A stretch of DNA of 64,000 bases from Terriglobia bacterium (GTDB lineage: Bacteria; Acidobacteriota; Terriglobia; JAJPHL01; JAPKYU01). Below, piece by piece: positions 23,634 to 31,944 of this stretch. The notes beneath the pieces are model-generated. The model was given only the letters and a program-made list of their open reading frames with translations, made no database searches and had not been told where the DNA came from. Location of the stretch: contig CBDCVK010000010.1 in assembly GCA_965223005.1 (NCBI GenBank), forward strand, positions 1,312,001 through 1,376,000, given 5' to 3'. The position numbers and the translations under genes were made by a program. Within the stretch, counting starts at the first letter, position 1. Each line of letters begins with the position of its first letter.

Positions 23634-24944
23634 ATGCCATCAAAGGAGCCACACCCGAAAGCTGATAAGGACTCCCACGGAATAGTGGAACCTATCCCCA
23701 TCCCGCAGGCCACGGCCCAGGAGATTCAAAAGCTGGGCACGGCGGACATTGTGCTGGGGATCCCGAGTTACGATAACGCCGACACAATCGGGCACGTGGT
23801 GCGAATGGCCCAAGCCGGGCTGGAGAGGTACTTCCCCTCCTACAAGAGCGCCATCATCAACTCGGACGGCGGATCTAAGGATGGAACTCCAAAGCAGGTC
23901 CTCGGGTCCACGGCGGAGCAGAAACCGTTACTGCAGGTTCCCTATCCGGTGTACCCGGTGAACAGGCTCTCCACGCCCTATCATGGCATCCCGGGTAAGG
24001 GCAGCGCCTTTCGGATGATTTTTCTGCTGGCGCAAAGGCTCGGAGCCCAGGCCTGCGCGGTGGTGGACGCCGACCTGCGCAGCATTACCCCGGAGTGGAT
24101 TGAGCTGCTGGTTCGTCCAATCCTCGAAGGAAGGTTCGATTTCGTTGCGCCCTATTACCAGCGCCACAAGTATGACGGCACCATTACCAACAGCATCGTC
24201 TACCCCCTGACCCGGGCGCTGTACGGAAAGCGCATCCGCCAACCGATCGGCGGCGACTTCGCCTTTTCCAGTCGGCTGACTGACCATTACCTCAACCAGG
24301 ATGTCTGGAACAGCGATGTAGCCCGCTTCGGCATTGACATCTGGGTGACCACGCAGGCGCTTTGCGGCGACTTCCAGCCCTGTCAGGCCTTCCTGGGAGC
24401 CAAGATCCACGATGTTAAGGACCCGGCCTCCGACCTCAGCGCCATGCTGGCTCAAGTGTTGGGCTCGCTGTTTACCGAGATGGAAAGAAATGTTGCCGTG
24501 TGGCAGAAAACCGCAGGCTCCGAGGAGGTGCCGATCCTGGGTCCAAGGGCAGAAGTTTTCACCGAGCCCGTGGCGGTCAACGTGACCCGGATGGTCCAGG
24601 GCTTTCGGCTGGGCTACGAGACTCTGAAGGAGATTTGGGGGTTGGTCCTGCCGCCTGCCACCATGCTGGAACTGAAAAAATTGAACCAAAGCCCCGCGGA
24701 ACAGTTCTGCTTTCCCGATGAGCTGTGGGCCCGCACGGTCTACAATTTTGCCCTAGGGCACCGGTTGCGGGTGATGGATCTCGACCACTTACTTCGCGCC
24801 TTATCGCCCCTTTATCTGGGATGGGTAGCGTCATTCGTGCGACAAATGGAGTACGCTGGGCCGGAAGAAGTGGAGGACCGGTTGGAAACCCTGTGCCTCA
24901 CCTACGAGGCGCAGAAGCCTTATTTGATACAACGCTGGAGGTGA
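23634..24944 (+). CDS. GT-A fold glycosyltransferase (glucosyl-/mannosylglycerate synthase-like)
   Basis: GIPSYDNADTI, NSDGGSKDGT, GKGSA, DADL (DxD), RQPIGGDF and FGIDIWVT; start uncertain. Confidence 0.8.
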   Translation: MPSKEPHPKADKDSHGIVEPIPIPQATAQEIQKLGTADIVLGIPSYDNADTIGHVVRMAQAGLERYFPSYKSAIINSDGGSKDGTPKQVLGSTAEQKPLLQVPYPVYPVNRLSTPYHGIPGKGSAFRMIFLLAQRLGAQACAVVDADLRSITPEWIELLVRPILEGRFDFVAPYYQRHKYDGTITNSIVYPLTRALYGKRIRQPIGGDFAFSSRLTDHYLNQDVWNSDVARFGIDIWVTTQALCGDFQPCQAFLGAKIHDVKDPASDLSAMLAQVLGSLFTEMERNVAVWQKTAGSEEVPILGPRAEVFTEPVAVNVTRMVQGFRLGYETLKEIWGLVLPPATMLELKKLNQSPAEQFCFPDELWARTVYNFALGHRLRVMDLDHLLRALSPLYLGWVASFVRQMEYAGPEEVEDRLETLCLTYEAQKPYLIQRWR

Positions 24945-24995
24945 GGGGAGCAGTTCGCGCCCTAGCCAGCGACGGCAACCGCCAAAGGAGGTCTT

Positions 24996-25697
24996 ATGTG
25001 GGATCACATCAATCAGATCCTGAACCAATCCTTAAGCCGAATGACGAGCGGGATCGCGAACTTCCTGCCCGGTCTGCTGGCGCTGCTGGCCGTGTTGCTA
25101 CTCTCCCTGTTGCTGGCGTTGCTGGTTCGCATGTTGTTGCGCCGGTCCCTGCGCGGCATTAACTTCGACAGTCGGCTGGACCAGTGGGGGTTCTCCTGGG
25201 TGGCCAACTGGACCCCTTCCCGAAGCCCGACCCAGCTGATCGCCCGGCTCTCCTTCTGGACCATCGTGTTTCTCGGGGCCATGGCCGGCGCCAGCGCCCT
25301 GGATGCCGGTCTGCCCTCGCAACTGGCCTACCGGCTGTTCGCCTACCTGCCCAACGTGTTGGCGGCGATCTTAGTGCTGGGGGTGGGCACGTTTCTGGCG
25401 CGCTTCCTGGCGCGGGGCGTGTTAATCAGCGCTGTGAACATGCAGATCCACTCGGCGCGCCTGTTGGGCCTGGGGGTCAAGTGGCTGATCCTGCTACTGG
25501 CCGGCGCCATGGCCATGGAGCACCTGGGAATCGGCGGGCAGATCGTTCGGCTGTCGTTCGGCATCCTGTTCGGGGGCATCGTGCTGGCGCTCGCTTTGGC
25601 CGTGGGCCTGGGCTCCAAAGACATAGTCAGCCGCACGTTGGAACGGCAGGCCAGCCGGAGCGAGGAACAGACCGAGGAACACTTTCATCATCTTTAG
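24996..25697 (+). CDS. Membrane protein with MscS-associated TM-helix repeats (CmpX-like)
   Basis: FLPGLLA and YLPNVLAA helices; LALALAVGLGSKD; GGAGG RBS. Confidence 0.7.
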   Translation: MWDHINQILNQSLSRMTSGIANFLPGLLALLAVLLLSLLLALLVRMLLRRSLRGINFDSRLDQWGFSWVANWTPSRSPTQLIARLSFWTIVFLGAMAGASALDAGLPSQLAYRLFAYLPNVLAAILVLGVGTFLARFLARGVLISAVNMQIHSARLLGLGVKWLILLLAGAMAMEHLGIGGQIVRLSFGILFGGIVLALALAVGLGSKDIVSRTLERQASRSEEQTEEHFHHL

Positions 25698-25735
25698 TCC
25701 CGCCGGTCTAGTCCCACTGGTCTTAGTCCCGCCGG
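25695..25735. repeat. Three 14-15 bp tandem units, each starting with TAG
   Basis: TAGTCCCGCCGGTC / TAGTCCCACTGGTCT / TAGTCCCGCCGG; the first TAG is the CDS stop. Confidence 0.85.
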
Positions 25736-25755
25736 AGGCCCGGCTGGAGGCCAGG

Positions 25756-26502
25756 CTAAGGAGTCCTGGCCTCTTTCATCTTGAGCTCCCTCTGAAAGTC
25801 CCACTCCATTTGGGAGATGACCTGCTCCACCGAGCCGTCACAAACAATTCTGCCCTGCTCGAAGAACAACGCGCGCGTGCACAGCAGGCGGGCCAGTTCC
25901 AGATCATGGGTCACGATCACCTTGGTTTGCTTCAGGGGACGAAGCAAATCGATTAGGGAGGCTCTGCCCGGCGGATCCAGCCAGGTGGTGGGTTCGTCCA
26001 GGACCAGGACCTCCGGGTTCATAGCCAGCACGCCAGCCAGCGCGGCCCGGCGTTTCTCTCCGGCGCTCAAATGATAGGGCGCACGGCTCTCCAACCCCCT
26101 CAGCCCCACCAGCTCCAGAGCGCTGGCTACCACCTGGTCCACTTCTTCGGCCGGCAGTCCCAGATTGGAAGGGCCAAAAGCCACATCCTCGCGCACGGTG
26201 GACATGAACAACTGGTCGTCAGGCTCCTGGAAGACCAGCCCTACTTTTTGTCGGACTTTCCTCAAGTTTCGCTTCACCACCTGGCATCCACCGATCCGGA
26301 CCTCTCCGCTGCCGCTGAGCAAGCCGTTCAAATGGAGAACAAAGGTGGTCTTGCCAGAGCCGTTAGGTCCCAAAAGGACCACCGCTTCCCCTGCCGAGAT
26401 TTTCAAATTGATCCCAGCCAGAGCACGAGTGCCGTCCGGATATGTAAACCGCAGATCTTGGACCTCAATGACTGGCTCTACCAGACTCATAGCAGGTGTC
26501 AC
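25756..26502 (-). CDS. cbiO: ECF transporter ATPase (CbiO/NikO)
   Basis: GPNGSGKTT, LSAGEKRR and LDEPT. Confidence 0.9.
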   Translation of the reverse strand: MTPAMSLVEPVIEVQDLRFTYPDGTRALAGINLKISAGEAVVLLGPNGSGKTTFVLHLNGLLSGSGEVRIGGCQVVKRNLRKVRQKVGLVFQEPDDQLFMSTVREDVAFGPSNLGLPAEEVDQVVASALELVGLRGLESRAPYHLSAGEKRRAALAGVLAMNPEVLVLDEPTTWLDPPGRASLIDLLRPLKQTKVIVTHDLELARLLCTRALFFEQGRIVCDGSVEQVISQMEWDFQRELKMKEARTP

Positions 26503-27242
26503 AGGGCCACCTGCACCGCGGCCAGATAAGCCGCGGTAAGGCCGAGAAACAGGAAATCACGCGCCTGCCACTGAAACCGGCGCCGGCTGGGCAACACGCC
26601 GGCAAATCCACGGGCCAGCATGGCGCGGTGGATACGTTCCGCCCGGGCGTAGCTGCGCACAAACAGCACCGCGATTGCCGCAGCCACGGCCTGCCACCGC
26701 AGCGGCCAGCCCCGGCCAGCACCGCGGCTGCGGTGGGCATACCTCATATGCTGGGCCTCTTCGGACAAGACGAAAAGGTACCGGTAGAGGAAGTGTACGA
26801 TCATCAAGAACGCGCCTGGCACCCGGAACCGTTCCAGCGCGTGAAGCAGGTCCGACAGTCGCGTGGTGGCCGCCAGCAGCAATACAGCCAGCGCCGACAG
26901 GTAGGATTTGCCTACGATGGCGGCGGCCGCCGACACTGTGGACATGCGGCCGGAAAACTCAGCGGCCCAGACCCACTTCCCCAACAAGGCGGCGCCCACC
27001 GCCATCAGGGAAAAGGGCAGGACTAAGCCGGCGTGCCTCAGGCAGTACCCCAGGGGCACGCGGCTGAACAGGATCATCGCCACCAGAAACGCTGCCGCCG
27101 CCGGAAGCTTCAGCGCCAGCCCGTGGGAAGAAAGAACCAGGAAGAGCACCAACCCCAGCACTGCCAGAGTCTTGCTGCGCGGATCGAGCCGATGCAGCGG
27201 ACTCTCGAGTTCATTCCAGCGGTCGAGCTGAACGAGGTGCAA
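26499..27242 (-). CDS. cbiQ: ECF transporter T component (CbiQ/NikQ)
   Basis: SPLHRLDPRSK, YRYLFVL, and the SRG and ARG motifs. Confidence 0.92.
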   Translation of the reverse strand: MHLVQLDRWNELESPLHRLDPRSKTLAVLGLVLFLVLSSHGLALKLPAAAAFLVAMILFSRVPLGYCLRHAGLVLPFSLMAVGAALLGKWVWAAEFSGRMSTVSAAAAIVGKSYLSALAVLLLAATTRLSDLLHALERFRVPGAFLMIVHFLYRYLFVLSEEAQHMRYAHRSRGAGRGWPLRWQAVAAAIAVLFVRSYARAERIHRAMLARGFAGVLPSRRRFQWQARDFLFLGLTAAYLAAVQVAL

Positions 27243-27546
27243 CGGAGCCCCTTCTTCGCGAGGAATACTTTCCGATGGCTAGCGCCACCAGAAAGCAAGC
27301 GGCCGCCCCGACTACGGCTGCGGCCATCTTCCGGCCGGCGGCAGATTGCAGGAGTGGGAACTCGTAATCCGCCAGAGGGCTGGCCAGCGACGGCTCAGCG
27401 CGACCGGCAAAACCCAGCCGGAGAGCAATCCACTCGAAACCATCCGGGGAAGAGGAGACAACATAAGTAGCTGCAACGCACAACAATAAGGTGGCGGCGG
27501 CGAACAACAGGGCTACCGCGCGGAAGCTCCACCGCCCGCCTCTCAT
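27211..27546 (-). CDS. PDGLE-domain accessory membrane protein (NikN-like)
   Basis: Two TM segments flanking SSSPDGFE and PLADY; ATGA overlap with the cbiM stop. Confidence 0.8.
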   Translation of the reverse strand: MRGGRWSFRAVALLFAAATLLLCVAATYVVSSSPDGFEWIALRLGFAGRAEPSLASPLADYEFPLLQSAAGRKMAAAVVGAAACFLVALAIGKYSSRRRGSVAPRSARPLE

Positions 27547-28178
27547 GCCGATTCCGCAGGGCGATGGAGCAGGCCGGGGTTCAGCTTTTCGATCATGCGT
27601 ACCGTAGCCAGCGTCAGGCCTCCTTCGGCAAGCCCGCCAATGGCGTACATACCCACCAGAGAAGCAAACAGCAATGGTGCGGGAGCCACCTCCGACCAGG
27701 CCAGTTCCAGGGCGACCGCCGCTGCGCCGCCGACCATCGCCAGCCACCCTCCGAGAAAGATGGCGGCCGACCGGAACCTGCCTCCGGCTTGCAGCGAAAG
27801 CCGGTACGGCAGATAGCCGAGAAACACACCCAGCACGCCTAGATTCCAAAAATTGGCGCCCAACGCCGTCAGGCCGCCATCTTGAAACAATAGCGCCTGC
27901 ACCAGCAGGATCGCACCCATCACCAGAGCCGCAGTATAGGGGCCAAACAGGATGGCCAGCAGGGCTGCGCCGGTCAGGTGCCCGGAGGTTCCCGGGGCCA
28001 CCGGGAACTGGATCATCTGGGCGGCAAAGATAAACGCGCCCATGGTTCCCAACAGCGGCACCTGCGACTCTTCAGTCTGTGCGCGGCTCCGCCTAGCGCA
28101 GTAGGCCACCACGGGCACCGCCGCCAGATCCAGCGGTAGCCAGATGCCCGTGGAGAGAAACCCGTCGGGAACGTGCAT
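27543..28178 (-). CDS. cbiM: ECF Ni/Co substrate component (CbiM/NikM)
   Basis: Conserved N-terminus MHVPDGFL; GTSGHL; QALLFQDGGLTALGAN. Confidence 0.93.
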   Translation of the reverse strand: MHVPDGFLSTGIWLPLDLAAVPVVAYCARRSRAQTEESQVPLLGTMGAFIFAAQMIQFPVAPGTSGHLTGAALLAILFGPYTAALVMGAILLVQALLFQDGGLTALGANFWNLGVLGVFLGYLPYRLSLQAGGRFRSAAIFLGGWLAMVGGAAAVALELAWSEVAPAPLLFASLVGMYAIGGLAEGGLTLATVRMIEKLNPGLLHRPAESA

Positions 28179-28186
28179 CGGCGAGA

Positions 28187-28216
28187 AATGTAGCACGATT
28201 TGTGAATTCGTGCCAC
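28187..28216. promoter_or_regulatory. Candidate NikR operator overlapping the cbiM -10 element
   Basis: GTAGCAC-N13-GTGCCAC imperfect inverted repeat at 28190-28216; minus-strand TGcTACATT lies 8 nt before the cbiM ATG. Confidence 0.65.
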
Positions 28217-28250
28217 TAGTGCTAATATCCCACGCGGACGGAGGTAAGCC

Positions 28251-28676
28251 ATTCCCAAGACCCGATTAAGCCGGATCGGCGTGGCCATTGACCGGGAGCT
28301 GCTGCGGCGCTTTGACCGTCATATCACCGGGCGGGGCTACACCAATCGCTCCGAGGCGTTCCGCGACCTGATTCGGGGCGAAATGGTCGAGACCGCCTGG
28401 GAATCCAGTCAGCGGGAGGTCGTCGGCACCGTCACACTCGTCTACGACCACCACGTGCACCTGCTGAATGAGAAACTGGTGGATGTCCAGCACGATTTTC
28501 ACAAGCGCATTCTCTCCACGCTGCACGTCCATCTGGACCTGGACCACTGCCTGGAAGTCCTGGTGGTGAGGGGAAAGGCGAACGAGGTGAAGCGGATAGC
28601 CGACGCGCTGATCAGCATCAAGGGGGTCAAACACGGGAGGTTGACTACTAGTACCACCGGGGCTGATCTGCCTTGA
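28251..28676 (+). CDS. nikR: Nickel-responsive regulator NikR (probable ATT start)
   Basis: [10 protein letters not shown] strand, [18 protein letters not shown] and [12 protein letters not shown]. Confidence 0.95.
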   Translation: MPKTRLSRIGVAIDRELLRRFDRHITGRGYTNRSEAFRDLIRGEMVETAWESSQREVVGTVTLVYDHHVHLLNEKLVDVQHDFHKRILSTLHVHLDLDHCLEVLVVRGKANEVKRIADALISIKGVKHGRLTTSTTGADLP

Positions 28677-28751
28677 GGCGACCGGTCGCCGTCATCGCTT
28701 TTGTCGCCAGGGGTGTGCCGGGCGGACGCTGCGAAAGACTTCCGGGTAGAC

Positions 28752-28925
28752 ATGGAGGCGCTTCTTCAAGGCCTGATCGTCGTCGGCATCTTGGGGTTGA
28801 GCGCCCTGGTCACTCATTGGTTCACTCGCTGGATGTACCTTACCTGCGCCGCCTGCGGCACGTTGAATGCCCGCCGCCGCGCGCACTGCCGCCGCTGCGG
28901 CCAGCCTCTGGGCGCTCTGCAGTAG
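28752..28925 (+). CDS. Small membrane-anchored Zn-ribbon protein
   Basis: N-terminal hydrophobic helix followed by CAAC...CRRC. Confidence 0.65.
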   Translation: MEALLQGLIVVGILGLSALVTHWFTRWMYLTCAACGTLNARRRAHCRRCGQPLGALQ

Positions 28926-29162
28926 CAAGCGCTCGTTGGTGTCAAGAGAGGCTTGAGCTAAACTATCTGCGGAAAGGTTGAACAGATTCCACTGCTATGC
29001 GGACGCTATCACGGTTGCTCCGGCGATTTGGATGCCGGCAGCAACCGTAGGCGGCGGTCCTGACTCCAAGGCCGTTTCCCGCTTGGTCCCTGTTGACTGT
29101 CTGCGAACCTGCCCGCCGGCCGCGGGGTTTCCTTTCCGCCCGGTTTCGGTTTAATCTGTAAG

Positions 29163-30122
29163 ATGATGGTGCCTGCCGCGCCGATGCACGTTCCGCGCCC
29201 GACACTCTTTGCTCTTCTGCTAGTGGTGCTGTTGCTGTTGCCCGGCTGCCTTGTGCGCAAGCTGAAGGTGAAACGGCCTGGTATTGCTTCGTCGGCGAAG
29301 CTGCAGACGGCTTCGCTCCAACAGCTTGTTGAGCAACTGCGCGTTCGGGAGGAGCAAATCCGCACCATCAACGCCACTGTGGATCTGGAGCCTTCCATTG
29401 GCTCGGTGCTCAAGGGGGAAATCTCGGAATTGCAGGAAGTGCGCGGCTTCGTGCTGATCCGCAAGCCGCGGATGATTCGGATGATCGGTCTGTACCCGGT
29501 GGTCCGCAACCGGGCCTTCGACATGGTCTCGGACGGCGACGAGTTCAAGCTGTACGTGCCGGCCAAGGACAAGTTCATCGTTGGCAAGAACCGCCTGGAC
29601 AAGCCCTCAGCCCGCCGGCTGGAGAACCTGCGGCCGCAGCACATCTTCGAGGCGCTGGTGGTGCGGGCTCCCCGTGACGGGGAGCAGGTGGTGCTGGAGA
29701 ATGACACCGATGAGCTGCACGCCAACTACATCCTCCATTTCTTGACGGAACAAAATGGGCGACTGCTGCTCACCCGCAACATCTGGTTCGACCGTGTTCA
29801 TCTGCGCTTGGTCCGGCAGCAGATCTTCGACAAGCAAGGAGACATTGTCAGCGACACGCGTTATAACGACTACCAGGACTTCCAAGGCATCGCCTTCCCC
29901 AAGAGCTTTTTGATCATGCGCCCCAAGGACGACTACGGCGTAAAGCTGAAGGTGAAGAAGCTGCAACTGAATGCGCCGCTGGGGGACGACAAATTCGTGC
30001 TGGCACGGCCACCCGGCGCTAAGCTGCACGACTTATCAGTGCGGGACGGCAGCCCTTCAGCCACTCAGGTCGACAAGAGTAAGGAGTCCCCCAAGTCCCG
30101 AGGAGGGCCCGGTGGTCAATAA
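29163..30122 (+). CDS. Lipoprotein, probable LolA/LolB-like fold
   Basis: Hydrophobic signal with LPGC lipobox; DMVSDG, IWFDR and LNAPLGDDKF patterns; start may be 29184. Confidence 0.7.
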   Translation: MMVPAAPMHVPRPTLFALLLVVLLLLPGCLVRKLKVKRPGIASSAKLQTASLQQLVEQLRVREEQIRTINATVDLEPSIGSVLKGEISELQEVRGFVLIRKPRMIRMIGLYPVVRNRAFDMVSDGDEFKLYVPAKDKFIVGKNRLDKPSARRLENLRPQHIFEALVVRAPRDGEQVVLENDTDELHANYILHFLTEQNGRLLLTRNIWFDRVHLRLVRQQIFDKQGDIVSDTRYNDYQDFQGIAFPKSFLIMRPKDDYGVKLKVKKLQLNAPLGDDKFVLARPPGAKLHDLSVRDGSPSATQVDKSKESPKSRGGPGGQ

Positions 30123-31206
30123 GATGGTGCTGTCGAACCTGCGGCACCGGCCGGTGCGCACCGGGCTCAGCGTGCTTGCGGTGGCGATCGAGGTGGTACT
30201 GATCATCAGCGTCATCGGCCTGGTGACCGGGTTGCTGGAGGAGGCTGCCCGGCGCCAAAAGGGCATCGGCGCTGACATCATCGTGCAGCCGCCTGGCGGG
30301 TCGGTCTTGCTAGGCATGAGTAGCGCACCGATGCCCGCCAAGATTGCCGAGCGGTTGGGCCAGGAGCCCGGCGTGGCGGCGGTAGCTCCGGTGTTCCTGC
30401 AGACCTTCGGCGGTATTACCGTGGCCTACGGGATTGACCTGGAGAGCTTCAGCGCCGTCACCGGTGGCTTCCAGCTGCTGGAGGGACGCCTCATGGGTAG
30501 CGGCCTGGAACTGCTTGTGGACAACAAGTACAGGGAGATGAACGATCTGCGCGTCGGCAACACGCGCGAGCTGTTCAATCACGAGTTTGAGGTAGTCGGC
30601 ATCGTTCAGCACGGCAAGGGCGCCCGCCTGTTCATGCCCCTCGCCACCATGCAGGAACTGCTGGGCTCACCGGGCCGGGCCTCCATCTTTTATGTGCGGC
30701 TGGCCGATCCAGAACAGGCGGATGCGGTGCTGGCGCGCTTCAAGAGTCTGCTTCCCAACTACACGATCCGCACCATGGAGGAGTACACTTCCTTGTTGAC
30801 TGCGGGCAACCTGCCCGGGCTGAAGCCATTCGAACGCATCATGATCGGCATTGCGGTTATCATTGGCTTCCTGGTGACTTTCCTGGCCATGTACACGACG
30901 GTGTTGGAGCGCACCCGCGAAATCGGCATCCTGAAGGCACTGGGTGCTTCCCGGGGCTACATCACGAAGCTGATTCTGCGCGAGACGGCCATGGTGGCGG
31001 CCGTGGGCATCGTCTTGGGCATTGCCGCCAGCTTGCTGCTACGCCATGTCGTCATCACGGCCTACCCCGGCCTGAGCATTCTGATTACCTCCGACTGGTT
31101 GCTGCGCGCCTCATTGATCGCAGTCGCCGGGGCGTTGCTCGGCTCCGCCTATCCCGCGCTGCGCGCCGCTCGCCAGGATCCGGTGGCCGCCCTGGCCTAC
31201 GAGTGA
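30112..31206 (+). CDS. ABC transporter permease (MacB/FtsX/LolE family)
   Basis: RPVRTGLS, ERTREIGILKALGA and PALRAARQDPVAAL; GTG start after AGGAGG. Confidence 0.92.
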   Translation: MVNKMVLSNLRHRPVRTGLSVLAVAIEVVLIISVIGLVTGLLEEAARRQKGIGADIIVQPPGGSVLLGMSSAPMPAKIAERLGQEPGVAAVAPVFLQTFGGITVAYGIDLESFSAVTGGFQLLEGRLMGSGLELLVDNKYREMNDLRVGNTRELFNHEFEVVGIVQHGKGARLFMPLATMQELLGSPGRASIFYVRLADPEQADAVLARFKSLLPNYTIRTMEEYTSLLTAGNLPGLKPFERIMIGIAVIIGFLVTFLAMYTTVLERTREIGILKALGASRGYITKLILRETAMVAAVGIVLGIAASLLLRHVVITAYPGLSILITSDWLLRASLIAVAGALLGSAYPALRAARQDPVAALAYE

Positions 31207-31208
31207 GG

Positions 31209-31892
31209 ATGGCAGCGACACACATCGTCGAAGTCGAAAACCTGAAGAAAGTCTACCGCACCGGCAGGGTGGCGGTGCCTGCCTTGCAGGGCGTGGATTT
31301 GTATGTCGAAGCCGGCGAATTCTTGGCGGTGATGGGGCCGTCCGGCTCGGGAAAATCCACCCTGTTCTACATCATCGGCGGCCTCACGCCGCCCAGCGAG
31401 GGTCGGGTGCGTCTAGCCGGAATGGATCTGGCTTCCCTGGACGACGCCGGGCGCACCCGGCTGCGCAAGAACAAAGTGGGGTTCGTCTTCCAGCGCTCCA
31501 ACCTGCTGCCCACGCTGACTGCTGGCGGCAACATAGAAATTGCCCGCCACATTGCCGGCACACAGAACGGCTTCAACCCGCAGCAGTTCCAGGAGATTGT
31601 GGAGATCCTAGGCATCGAGCAGCGCCTCGACCACAAGCCGGCCGAGCTTTCCGGAGGCGAGCAGCAGCGGGTGGCCATCGCCAGGGCGCTGGTGAACCAG
31701 CCTGCCATCCTGCTGGCTGACGAGCCCACCGGCAACCTGGATTCCGACAATTCCCGGGCCGTCCTACAGTTGCTGCGCAGCTTGAACCAGCGCCTGGGGC
31801 AGACCATCTTAATGATCACCCACAACCCGGAAGCGGCCGCCTACGCCCACCGCACCGTCACCATGCGTGACGGCCGCATCATTAGCAGCTAG
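31209..31892 (+). CDS. ABC transporter ATP-binding protein (LolD-like)
   Basis: [24 protein letters not shown] and ADEPTGNLD. Confidence 0.95.
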   Translation: MAATHIVEVENLKKVYRTGRVAVPALQGVDLYVEAGEFLAVMGPSGSGKSTLFYIIGGLTPPSEGRVRLAGMDLASLDDAGRTRLRKNKVGFVFQRSNLLPTLTAGGNIEIARHIAGTQNGFNPQQFQEIVEILGIEQRLDHKPAELSGGEQQRVAIARALVNQPAILLADEPTGNLDSDNSRAVLQLLRSLNQRLGQTILMITHNPEAAAYAHRTVTMRDGRIISS

Positions 31893-31917
31893 ATCTACAG
31901 GGGCTAGATCTACGGGG
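31888..31917. repeat. 15-bp tandem duplication containing the ABC ATPase stop codon
   Basis: GCTAGATCTACAGGG / GCTAGATCTACGGGG. Confidence 0.85.
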
Positions 31918-31944
31918 TTTCTCCCCAAGCTCCAACCCCGCAAG

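Noticed and set aside
28179-28250. Cobalamin riboswitch upstream of cbiM
   Set aside because: Spacer too short and no B12-box; NikR control fits better.
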